From NCBI RefSeq assembly GCF_000315625.1, contig NW_005434467.1, positions 37,169 through 79,109 on the forward strand: a DNA stretch of 41,941 nucleotides, given 5' to 3'. Shown one piece after another: positions 21,847-32,148 of this stretch (the stretch's first letter is position 1; each line of letters begins with the position of its first letter). A model generated the notes under the pieces. That model saw only the letters and a program-made list of their open reading frames with translations. It did not search any database and was not told the DNA's origin. The stretch comes from Guillardia theta CCMP2712. Its lineage: Eukaryota; Protista; Cryptophyta. A program made the position numbers and the translations under genes.

Positions 21847-22891
21847 ATGTCGCTTGTTTCTTTTGTCGGAACCTTGCTCTACCTGCCGCTTGTACCCTCC
21901 CTGAGGCAGCTGCCGATCGCTCGCGGCCACAAGCTGAGGAGCTCTTCTGACCTGCTGCGCTTGTCGAGGTAGGCGATTGTGAAACATGGATGGGTGATCG
22001 GAGGTGAAGCCGGCGGGTAGAGGAGTGTGACGTAGGAGGAGTGAGATGCCAGAGATAGTGAGTTTGTGAGCGGAGGATCGGGAAGATTTCGCGGAGAGAG
22101 ATTGAATTGTTTGTTGCATCCTGACGGTTGCTTCTTTATGGTTTGCCAGTGCAATGAAGCATGAGCCACGAGACGAGGGAGACTCTTTGACTCCCAAGAA
22201 AGACCTTGATCAAGCAAGCAAGGCTTTCGAGGGACGTACGGAGCGGAGCGCAAACGGCACGACAGGTAGAGGTCCGCAGTTGCTTGATCGTGAGAAACAA
22301 GACAATCAGAGTCGGTTTGCATGGAGTCATGACCGGTCACACACGGAGACAAGGCAGGCAGATGTCGCAGGAGACGAGATCGAGATCACGAGGGCATCCA
22401 AGTTAGACGACCAGACAGCCAAAAGCTTGTCGTTGCGCAAGAGAGAGGCTGAGCTGAAGAAGGCTGAGGACACAGGAGACGAGATCAAGATCGCAGACGC
22501 CCTCCTGAGAGTCAGGGAGGCAGAGCTGAAGGAGGCTGAGGACACAGGAGACGAGATCGAGGTCGCGAGGGCACGCAAGTCAGTCGACCAGGCAAGGCTA
22601 AGCTACTTTGTGCACACGAGAGAGGCTGAGCTGGAGGAGGCTGAGGACACAGGAGACAAGATCGAGATCCTCAAGGCACGAATCAGGGTCAGGGAGGCAG
22701 AGCTGAAGAAGGCTGAGGACACAGGAGACGAGATCGAGATCGCAGACGCCCTTCTTGCCCTCAGGATGGCAGAGCTGGAGGAGGTTTGGCTGAGAGGAGA
22801 CCAGATAAAGCCCGCACTGACCGTTACGTCGGTAACGGACATGGCAGCATCATCAAGAGGCTACGCTCGCTGGCGAGGTGTACAATGCTAG
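21847..22891 (+). CDS. Hypothetical coiled-coil tandem-repeat protein (EAELxxAEDTGDEIEI repeats), copy 1; predicted exon 1 at 21847-21968, exon 2 from 22150
   Basis: ORF 22154..22891 has 24-aa acidic helical repeats. The upstream ATG at 21847 splices in phase (AG|gtaggc...tgccag|T). Differences from copy 2 are in-frame indels. The 3' end is uncertain (possible further intron at 22784). Confidence 0.6.
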
Positions 22892-23485
22892 AATCGAAGA
22901 TGTGTACGGGACGTAGACGTACGGTACTGCACATTAGTACGATGAAAGCATGAGGCTGTTATAAACCGGTACACATGTTTACTCATCGCCGCGCTGTACT
23001 ACGAGTTCAAGCCTGACCTTGACATATAAGCAACCCAACTTGGACGCTCCGGGCCACGTCGTCAAAGCGGGATTGCATGAACATTGACGTGTGTTCTCTT
23101 ACTGCTGTACATAAACAAATCTAGCTTCATTCCCCATCTGTTCTACTCCGAAGTGCACTGGTATCATTCTACATCTCTTTTATGAGTTTTGAAATATGTC
23201 TATGTCTACGTTAAATCCCCAGTGCACGGTGACATCTCTCATGCTCTTGGTGAAAACACATGTCGCGTTCATTCTTGCAATGAGCGTCCTCGTCCGCTTC
23301 TGAGGCTCTCTGCTCGACGATCTCCTCCTTTTCACTCGGCGATGCAAACCGAACGTGAAGGAACTAGCTGTGTGATCCTCACCTGCTGCAAGCACTTAGA
23401 TGATGATAGGGAGGAGAAGACAAACGCATGGAGACTTGGCTGACGGTGAAAGCAATCGGGAGCTGCCACGGCTGCTTGCATTAGA

Positions 23486-23640
23486 AAGAAGAGAAGCAGG
23501 AAGGAAGAGGAGGAAGAAGGAGGAGGGAGAGGAGGGAGGAGAAAGAGGAGGGGGGAGAAAGAAGAGAAGCAGCAAGGAAGAGGAGGAAGAAGGAGAAGGA
23601 GGAAGAGGAGGGAGGAGGAAGAGGAAGGGGAGGAAGGAAA
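23486..23640 (+). repeat. Purine-rich (GAG/GAA) low-complexity tract
   Basis: Almost exclusively G/A. Confidence 0.8.
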
Positions 23641-23962
23641 GCTATCGAAGTAGCAGAGAGGAGCATCCCAAAGGGAGATGCCAGGAAGAGAGGGAGGATG
23701 TACAGTCGCAAGGGCAGAAACAAATACGCACAGCTTCCGAGGAGCTCCGATGACAATCGAGATCCTTTCCAGGGATTACGAACAGCAGAGAAAGCAATGC
23801 TCGCTGTTTCTTTGGCATCGTCGTCAAGATTGCTGCAGACAGAAAACACCTCATAGGGAGTTCACATGAAAATCTTTCGTCACTTGTATCCGCTGATCTC
23901 GCTGGCTCGTCCAACAGCATGAGACGGGACTTCAACATGATCTAAGTGATACCAAAGACTGT

Positions 23963-25132
23963 ATGAAAATGGCATACGGGGAGGAGCTGCTGAGAGAGAA
24001 GACCGAGGACGGCACGACATGCGCGCAGTTGGCGAGTGTGGGAGGGCATGTGGAGATGCTGCAGTACCTTGCAGAGACATTCGGAAAGGAGCTGCTGAGG
24101 GAGAAGGACAATGACGGCTGGACATGCGCGCACTTTGCGAGTCAGGAAGGGCAGCTGGAGATGCTGCAGTACCTTGCAGAGACATACGGAAAGGAGCTGC
24201 TGAGGGAGAAGGACAATGACGGCTGGACATGCGCGCAGTTGGCGAGTCAGGAAGGGCATCTGGAGATGCTGCGGTATGTTGCAGAGACATGCGGGGAGGA
24301 GCTGCTGAGAGTCAAGACCGAGGACGGCACGACATGCGCGCACTTAGCGAGTAAGAAAGGGCAGCTGGAGATGCTGCGGTATGTTGCAGAGACATGCGGG
24401 GAGGAGCTGCTGAGAGAGAAGACCAATGGCGGCACGACATGCGCGCACTTTGCGAGTCAGGAAGGGCATCTGGAGATACTGCAGTACCTTGCAGAGACAA
24501 GCGGGGAGGAGCTGCTGGGAGAGAAGACCGAAGACGGCTGGACATGCGCGCACTTTGCGAGTCAAGGAGGGCATGTGGAGATGCTGCAGTACCTTGCAGA
24601 GACATGCGGAGAGGAGGTGCTGAGAGAGAAGACCAATGATGGCAAGAGATGCGCGCACTTCGCAAGTGTGGGAGGGCAGCTGGAGGTGCTGCGGTACCTT
24701 GCAGCGACATGCGGAGAGGAGGTGCTGAGAGAGAAGACCAATGATGGCTGGACATGCGCGCATGCAGCGAGTCAGGAAGGGCAGCTGGAGATGCTGCGGT
24801 ACCTTGCAGAGACATGCGGGGAGGAGGTGCTGAGAGAGAAGACCAATGATTGCTGGACATGCGCGCACTTTGCAAGCAATGTTGGGCAGCTGGAGGTGCT
24901 GCGGTACCTTGCATCAACATGCGGAGAGGAGCTGCTGAGGGAGAAGACCAAAGCCGGCTGGACATGCGCGCATGCAGCGAATGAAAACGGGCATCTGGAA
25001 GTGCTGCGGTACCTTGCAGAGACATGCGGGGAGGAGGTGCTGAGGGAGAAGGACCAAGACGGCAAAACATGCTTGACTCTGGCTCGTAACTCAGATGTCA
25101 AGGAATATCTTACAAGTTTAGGTGTTGACTAA
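23963..25132 (+). CDS. Ankyrin-repeat protein (10 near-identical 35-aa repeats plus a C-cap; lacks an obvious N-terminus)
   Basis: GEELLREKTxDGWTCAHFASQEGHLEMLRYLAETC repeats with 105-bp periodicity. The TCAH..A...GHLE motif matches ankyrin TPLH.AA..GH.E. Confidence 0.88.
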   Translation: MKMAYGEELLREKTEDGTTCAQLASVGGHVEMLQYLAETFGKELLREKDNDGWTCAHFASQEGQLEMLQYLAETYGKELLREKDNDGWTCAQLASQEGHLEMLRYVAETCGEELLRVKTEDGTTCAHLASKKGQLEMLRYVAETCGEELLREKTNGGTTCAHFASQEGHLEILQYLAETSGEELLGEKTEDGWTCAHFASQGGHVEMLQYLAETCGEEVLREKTNDGKRCAHFASVGGQLEVLRYLAATCGEEVLREKTNDGWTCAHAASQEGQLEMLRYLAETCGEEVLREKTNDCWTCAHFASNVGQLEVLRYLASTCGEELLREKTKAGWTCAHAANENGHLEVLRYLAETCGEEVLREKDQDGKTCLTLARNSDVKEYLTSLGVD

Positions 25133-26769
25133 GACTGAGCAAACAAGCATAACCATCACCCGCGGCCTTCGGCCGCTTTTCTAACTTATTAGGGAGAAGT
25201 ACCCCTTCTTTTGACCTGTACTAGTACTACCCCTGGCACACCGCAATGCAGTCACATCCGCCTACTTATGACAAAGACCATCCAATATATCCATTACATA
25301 ACACTGAATGAAGATGACTAGGGGTGGAGGACAGGTAGGGCCGGGTAGGGGTAGATATGACCAGGGGTGATATAGCCCATCAGTGATACCCACTGGTGGG
25401 TCCTTGCGTACCCCTACCCCAGTATGACTCATCACCCCACCCTTCCTCCCTCACAGTCCTGCAATGGCAGCAAACCGGGGGGCGCTACCCGTCCTGCTCC
25501 TGCGCTCTGAGCATGGTGATGAGGAGCCAGCAGGTCACGTGCTTCCTCGAGACATGCCTGCAGGGTTGCTCATACCAGGGGCATCATGGTTTCTTGATTG
25601 TATTGGAATTTCCCTTACTTCTGATCGCGTATCGCTTCATGGATTGATCTTCCTGCCTCCTTTGCTACATGTACACGTGCATTGCCTCCGTCTGTGTTCA
25701 TCTGCTTTTCTCGCTACCATGATCATCTGATTTCCCTTGTTTCCAATTGTCTACTTCCCTTTCTATATGCGCGCCTCTTCCTTGATTTTCTTTCTTTTCC
25801 TCTTGATCATTTCCGCTTGTGACAACTGACTTCCTTTGTAGTCACACTGGATTCTGACATCCTTTGACCCACACTGACTTTTGACTTCCTTTGACGTCAC
25901 ATTTCCAAACACTTGCCTGATCTTGCCTGTCTCCTTCGAATCTCTGCTCGAATCTTGAATTGCTTGTCTTCCCTTCACATCTTCGTCTCGCCCGCCGTTG
26001 AATTACCTGCAACACCATCAACAGACTCGAGATCCTCTCCCATGACTCTTGCAATCTCACTCACCTCCCTGTCTACTGGTTAAGCTCTTCCTGTTTGTAG
26101 TGGGCGACTTCCTTTTCGTTCGTTTTGGTTGTTTCTATCGCTTTTTGGTTGTTTCAATCGTTCCTCTTCTTCGTTTCTATCTTGTCTTGTTTCATCCTCC
26201 CCTTCCATGCTGCCTACTTTCATCGTTCCCTTGATCAGATGAGAGACGGCAGAATGCATGCAGATAGGAGAAGAATGAAAGCAAGAGCACAAGCCTCACG
26301 GCGGACAAGGAGTACTAGTGAAAAGAGTAGAGAAGGTAGGATAGGAAGACACTAATCTTGGCTCAAAGGGATTACGGAAGGATACGGTAACCAAGTCTTT
26401 GAGGATTTAGAAAGAAAAAGTCGGGGTGACGTGCTGGAGGAGAAGAGAAAGATAGCACAACAATGGATGGGATGACAGGATGACGACTGACTCACGAGGG
26501 ATCACGAGTCCTGAGGGAGACCAGATGCACCTAAATGATTCTTGGACGAGCATCTGGGTAAGCGGCGTACTGACACATATTACAGGGTTGGCGAGCTGCC
26601 CGAAGTTTATCCCGGACGAAGAGAAGAGATGAGCGAGGAACACACATTTCCTCGTCGGTTGTTGTCAGTTTTCAAGCCAACTGGAAGGCAACTGAATCAT
26701 ATTCACAACTAGCTGTCATACCCGGCCTTGCCGATTCATCACGTTATTGGCCCTCAGAAGGGTAACACA

Positions 26770-27168
26770 ATGAGCTGCCTCCGGTTGTTCTCGTCCAAGG
26801 TAGAGCCGGATGATACTGGATGCGACATGGACGAGCGGATGGAGGACGGGAGGACAGGGTTGCATGTAGCGTGGATGCTGGGGAGGGCGGGGAGCGTGAG
26901 GGAGCTGATCGAGGCAGGAGCAGAGGTAAGAGCGAAGGACGAGAAACGGAGAACCTTTATGTACTGGGCGACGGCGGCGAGTGCTGGAGGGTACCTGGAG
27001 GTGCTGCGATATATTGCAGAGACATGCGGAGAGGAGCTGCTGAGGGAGAAGGACGAGTTTGACAGGACATGCGCGCTCTGGGCGAGTGCTGGAGGGCAGC
27101 TGGAGGTGCTGCGGTACTTGGCGGAGACATGCGGGGAGGAGCTGCTGAGGCCCTCCGTCACGTTTTGA
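26770..27168 (+). pseudogene. N-terminal portion of an ankyrin-repeat gene, truncated at its 3' end
   Basis: MSCLRLFSSKVEP...DGRTGLHVAWMLGRAGSVRELIEAGAEVRAKDE followed by two repeats of the same family as 23963-25132. Homology stops abruptly at 27150. Confidence 0.65.
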
Positions 27169-27195
27169 GCCTCCACTCCCACCCCTGTCCTCATA

Positions 27196-27800
27196 TGACC
27201 CCCATGCCTCCTTGACCAAACCCACCCCTGTCTTCCCCTTGCGTCTGATTAACTTCCAGGCCTACGTCACCCCCTGCTCTCAGGCTCTCACATGACCCCC
27301 ACCCTCCCCGACCGACATCTGACCTCAGGTTAACTTCCGGCCCTACATCACCCCCGTACGGACATGGCCCGCATCCCCACCCCCTTCTATCCTACAGTCA
27401 TCTCCCCGCCCGGCCCGTCCCTCGCTTTGATCAGGCGCGTGGAGATGGCAGGAGAGGGCTGCGGGGACACTTGCAAGACCTGACGAGGGAGGAGCGAACG
27501 AGGGAGGGTACGAGCCATCATTGCTCAAGCTTCTCTCACATGATACAAGTCTACTCCTCGCCTCCTGCACATCCCCTCGCCACCTCCTCCCGCCCTTGAT
27601 CCCTTGCGCATCCTCCTCCTAACGCCATGACGAGCCCCAAGCGCATCCGCCTCGGCGCTGGGCAGTGATCTCCCGCCTCGCTTCAGTCCTGGTTATCTTC
27701 CTCCCCTACATCACCCCCTGGTCTGACTCTCTCTCGTGACCCCCACCCTCCCCGGCTCACCTCCAGCCACAACCACCCACTCCTCTCTTCCCCTCGCGTC
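27196..27800. repeat. Dispersed C-rich repeat family B
   Basis: 27196-27315 and 27520-27610 align with 36395-36520 and 36634-36720 (e.g. ttgctcaagcttctctcacatgatacaagtct). A further diverged unit lies at ~27690-27800. Confidence 0.7.
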
Positions 27801-28367
27801 TGGTCCTACTCCGCTCCTCCCCCTCTCCTCCTATGCCCCTGAGCCTGCCGACAGCGAGCGGTGAGGTCGCCATGGCCGGCAGCTCGCCTGCTCGGTCCTG
27901 CAGCTGCTCGGTCACCTGCTGGGGAGGCATGTGCGACAGCGGGTGCTGAGGCTGGCAAGTCATGAGGACGCAGGCTTCGCTTCTCCTCTCTTGGCTCTTG
28001 TGGAGCACAACCCGTTGAAAGCAGCCTCCTCTTGTGCGAGGACGGGGTTCTCTTCCCGATGAGACCGCAAGGCCTCCTATGGGAAACCTGTCAGGCTGTG
28101 CAACATCTAAGGAGAGAAACCTGTCAACTTCCAAGGAGATGACTACCCCTGTTAGCAGCAGCTCTACCCCCCCCCTTCTACCACTTGAAGACTGGACCCC
28201 TGCTTCCCTCTGTTCAGGTAGAAGAGGATCATCGTCGTCAGAGCTAGGTGGTCCTGTTACCCCTTGTGTTTGTGCCACGCCTATAGTTGCGTTGGCTTTG
28301 TTTGTCTTGTATGTGTGAGAGAGAATAAAGAGAGTTAGCTCTCCTTCTGTTTCACCGCTTTCCCTCT

Positions 28368-28589
28368 TAGTAGAGAAATCCAACGTAAGTGCATGTTGAG
28401 CTACTAGTAGAGAAGTCCAACGTAAGTGCATGTTGAGCTACTAGTAGAGAAGTCAAACGTAAGTGCATGTTGAGCTACTAGTAGAGAAGTCCAACGTAAG
28501 TACTTGTTGAGCTACTAGTAGAGAAGTCCAACGTAAGTACTTGTTGAGCTACTAGTAGAGAAGTCCAACGTAAGTACTTGTTGAACTAC
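28368..28589. repeat. Tandem array of six 37-bp units (TAGTAGAGAAGTCCAACGTAAGT[GCAT/ACTT]GTTGAGCTAC)
   Basis: Six contiguous, nearly identical units with no spacers. Confidence 0.95.
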
Positions 28590-30142
28590 GCTTGAAGGTC
28601 CTTGTACCACCAACAATATATAAAATACCATTGTGTGTAATGATAAAAACAGTTTTAACAGCAATTTTATCATTTTTTACAACCAACACCGTCCCCACCA
28701 CACGCAGCGCTCAGCATGAGCAGCAGCCCATCGCCGACTGCAGGGCACGTAGAGGCACCGACCTTCGCCAGCTCCCTTCTGAGCACAACGAATGCAAACT
28801 ACAGAGTATGCGAGGAAATCCGCGACCCACCCACAACAAACCAAGATCCGACATCGGACGAATCGAACCCTGATGCCCGTTACTCTCAACGTTATAAATG
28901 AGCCGCACGGCCCGAGTCGAGAGCACAGCAGAGAGCTTCTCGCTGGAGGAGGCAGCTGGCGGGTGAGGAGCAGCAGCTGTGGCCGTAGGTCGAGGACCCT
29001 GTGGCCAGCAAGGCATAGAGAGGGAGAGCGACAGCACACAGCAGCAGGGAGATGAGATGAGGGATAGAGTGAGATCGATGTCATGAGAGCGAGCGAGGAG
29101 AGTGACGGGTTGTTCAAGAGAGAGAGAGAGAGGTAGAGCCAAGACTGACTCTCCTCCTCTTCTCCACATCGCCATACCTCCCCCGAGCTCGACCCACCCT
29201 TGAGTCCAGGGGTCAGCTGGCGTAGACCAGCTGTTGTCAGCTGGAGGCTTCACCGAGGCTGCTCTTGTCACGCGCATGCGTCAGGGAGCGCTCGGGTGAT
29301 GGCCTTGCATCAAGCTTCATCTCCATCCGTAATGACCCAGACGTCACTGCAGCCCGGCGAGCTTCATGACGACATGCTCTCAGCTCCTCAGACTCATCGC
29401 ACTCCCGTGAGCAAAACCTCTGGGTTCCTCTCAGCTCCTCCACGAGGCTGCGAGAGCAGAGCACCAGCTGGAGCACGCATGTGTCAAGCAGCGTCAAGCG
29501 AGCATCTGTGAGCGCTAGAGGCATCAGAGCCTTGACTTGGACTCCAGCTGCCATCAAGCGAGTCTTGACTTGTTCTTCTCTAAGTGTGGCCTTATTGTGG
29601 CCCACTGGACCGAAATAAGATAGTTATCACTTTCAAACAATAGTAGTCGTTGCCGCACATTGGCTCGGACTAGTTCTTTCACACTCTCAACTTAAATTCT
29701 TATGGAGGGAAAGTGCACAAGAGTTTAAGCTTAACAATGAGATGAAGCTTATGTGTATTGGCAAAAACTGATAAGTCGCTGAGACTGGTCCCCTCGATAT
29801 TGCAGAGTGAACACATCTCTCCTTAAAGCCTTTCCATGCCGGAATCATCATTTGTTTTTGTTTGTTTTTGTTTGAATAAAATGAATTGCTTGAGGGTCGC
29901 TTTGACGTTCATACATGGTCCCAACTCGTCATGATGTGGCATTTTAAAGAGCATTTCAAAGATTTCAAAATCACCTACCGAAAATAGTTCTTGTCAAATC
30001 ATTTCAAGACAATGTCTACCAAACTCTTGAATATTTGCGTTGTGCTGATATGTTTCCATAGCAATGCGAACACAAGTTCTTACATGAGGAACTACCATAT
30101 GACTCTGAAAATAAAATCATTTGAAGGAGACAGATTTCAAAA

Positions 30143-32116
30143 TTACACAACCATGGTTTTAAAGGTGGATGCCAAATTCAATAGCGCCCTGCACGCCTGC
30201 TCATGTAAAGCTTCACTCGACTGATACGCCTTCATCGCACCCATGATAGCCTCCATGCCCCCGAGGTCAGCCAGCATCGCTGCGTTGTCCGCATTGACAG
30301 CCAGGTTTGCGAGCGCCCAGCACGCGTACTGCTGTACAACCTCGCTAGTCGGATGGACCTTCATCGCTCGCATAATAGCCTCCATGCCTCCTAGCACAGC
30401 AATCTTGACTGCAATATCGGCACTCTCAGCCAGGTTCGCCAGCGCCCCCAACGCCTGCTCCTGTACGCCTTGACTGTATCGATGTGCCTTCATCGCCCCC
30501 AAGATAGTCTCCAGGCCCCCTAGCCCAGCCAGCTTTGCTGCGTTGTCCGCGTTGACAGCCAGGTTTGCAAGCGCCACACATGCTTGCTCCTGAACAACAC
30601 CGCTTGCAGGATGCGCCTTCATCGCCCTCATGACAGTCTCCATGCCTCCTAGCACAGCCAGCTTTGCTGCATTGTCTTCGTTCATTGAAAGGTTCGCCAG
30701 CGCCCCCAACGCCTGCTCCTGTACGCCTTCGCTGGTTTGATGCGCCTTCATGGCGCCTATGACAGTCTCCATGCCACCTAGCCTAGCCAGCTTGACTTTG
30801 TTGTCGTCGTCTTCAGCAAGGTTCTCCAGCGCCACACATGCCTGCTGCTGTAAAGCCTCGCTCGCAAGATGTACCTTCATCGCAAGTATGATAGCTTCGA
30901 TGCCACCTTTTGCTGCTATAATAGTTCGATTTTTCTTGTTGCTTTCTGCGTAGATTCCAAGCCTAATACATGTCTGGTGCTGTACCTCCATGCAATTGAT
31001 ATTCTTCTCCATCGTCCTCATGATCAAGGTTATTTCTTGTTCCGTAGTTTGGCTCTTACTTGCAAATTGGTTCATTGCCTTCAAACTATTTACCATCTCC
31101 TGTGTAGTCTGTGCTTGTTCAAGTTGACTCATTAACAATGAGTGGTCTGATTTAGATTGGTGCTTTTTCGGGGGGGATTTTGCCGTTGGTGCAAGATTGC
31201 CTGTAGCATCGAATGCAATCTTCATCTTCTTGACCGTTGGTCTATCATTTCCTGGTAGATGGTTGTTGATACTCTCCCGTCCCTTCCATGTGATCAGGTG
31301 ACTTGACACACGAGCCAGCAGATGGCTCTCCGGAACACGTGCATTGCGTGACATTGCCCGAACATTCTCATGTAGAGTGTAGTTGCGCCCCATCCAGTAG
31401 TAGAGGTGCCTCGAAAAGTCGATCGTGTCCTCATAAGCTACTGCTGTTTCGTGTCCGATCACAAAGTCCACATGCTTGATCAGTTCCTTTGCTACGGTGC
31501 TCGAGTAAGAGAGGTTCAGCACCACCAGCCGAAGCTTCGTACAATTCTTGACCATCAGACTCAGAGAAATGCTGAGCTGCTCAGCCGTGATGCTCACGCC
31601 TCCTATGGTGATGTTGCCTTCCTTAGAGCCATGGCAGGTGAGATGCAAAATGACCGGATCAGTCAAATTGACCATGCGGGTGATGGCGGACATGTTTCTG
31701 AAGCAGCTGTACTCGAAGCTCACGCTCTTAGCAAACTTGATCAAGGCAGCATCTCCCGTCTCGTGAGATCCTTTTATGAAACGATGTCTCATCAAGTCCC
31801 TATCCTTCTCGAGTCTCAAGTCGCTTTGCTCGTCCGCATCTACGAGCAACAACACCTTATAGGGAGCTGAGTCGCACGGAAAGAGAGCCTTCTGTCCTTC
31901 CTCTTGCCCTGCTTCTTCTCCTGCTTTTTCCTTTATGCGATTGCAGCATACGCATATCTGTCTCAACTTATCACCTTTAAGTTCGATATCTACAACTTCG
32001 ATATTGCTTACTGCCTCCTCGTGGAGTCCCGTTGAGCAACGCACGTAGGGCTCGAAGGCTACAAAACCGCTTCCGCCTGTTTCGTGCCTTCTCGTGTCCC
32101 AGACTGACTGAACGAT
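30143..32116 (-). CDS. Inactive CHAT-like domain + ARM repeats; probably the 3' exon of the CHAT-helicase gene
   Basis: PVILHLTCHG...LRLVVLNLSYS...VDFVIGHETAV...IDFSRHLY is a CHAT fold with the catalytic Cys replaced by Ser. About 6-7 43-aa ARM repeats of the form GGMETV..AMKAH....VQEQAC.AL.NLA. The frame is open up to an acceptor at 32117. Confidence 0.8.
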   Translation of the reverse strand: MVQSVWDTRRHETGGSGFVAFEPYVRCSTGLHEEAVSNIEVVDIELKGDKLRQICVCCNRIKEKAGEEAGQEEGQKALFPCDSAPYKVLLLVDADEQSDLRLEKDRDLMRHRFIKGSHETGDAALIKFAKSVSFEYSCFRNMSAITRMVNLTDPVILHLTCHGSKEGNITIGGVSITAEQLSISLSLMVKNCTKLRLVVLNLSYSSTVAKELIKHVDFVIGHETAVAYEDTIDFSRHLYYWMGRNYTLHENVRAMSRNARVPESHLLARVSSHLITWKGRESINNHLPGNDRPTVKKMKIAFDATGNLAPTAKSPPKKHQSKSDHSLLMSQLEQAQTTQEMVNSLKAMNQFASKSQTTEQEITLIMRTMEKNINCMEVQHQTCIRLGIYAESNKKNRTIIAAKGGIEAIILAMKVHLASEALQQQACVALENLAEDDDNKVKLARLGGMETVIGAMKAHQTSEGVQEQALGALANLSMNEDNAAKLAVLGGMETVMRAMKAHPASGVVQEQACVALANLAVNADNAAKLAGLGGLETILGAMKAHRYSQGVQEQALGALANLAESADIAVKIAVLGGMEAIMRAMKVHPTSEVVQQYACWALANLAVNADNAAMLADLGGMEAIMGAMKAYQSSEALHEQACRALLNLASTFKTMVV

Positions 32117-32148
32117 CTGTAGCAGAGCTTAGTGATCTCAAGATTCTT

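Larger units (their letters stand above)
18242..22790. repeat. Segmental duplication, copy 1 (partner 37047-41941)
   Basis: Near-identical sequence in the same orientation, covering the U-box gene, the G-rich minisatellite and the coiled-coil gene. Confidence 0.92.

Noticed and set aside
25440-26400. Possible decayed retroelement or gene on the minus strand
   Set aside because: Purine-rich, but only short broken ORFs and no recognisable gag, RT or integrase motif.
27757-28431. 224-aa minus-strand ORF
   Set aside because: It starts inside the tandem array and ends in a dispersed repeat, with no recognisable domain.
28368-28589. CRISPR array
   Set aside because: Units are contiguous with no unique spacers, there are no cas genes, and the context is eukaryotic.
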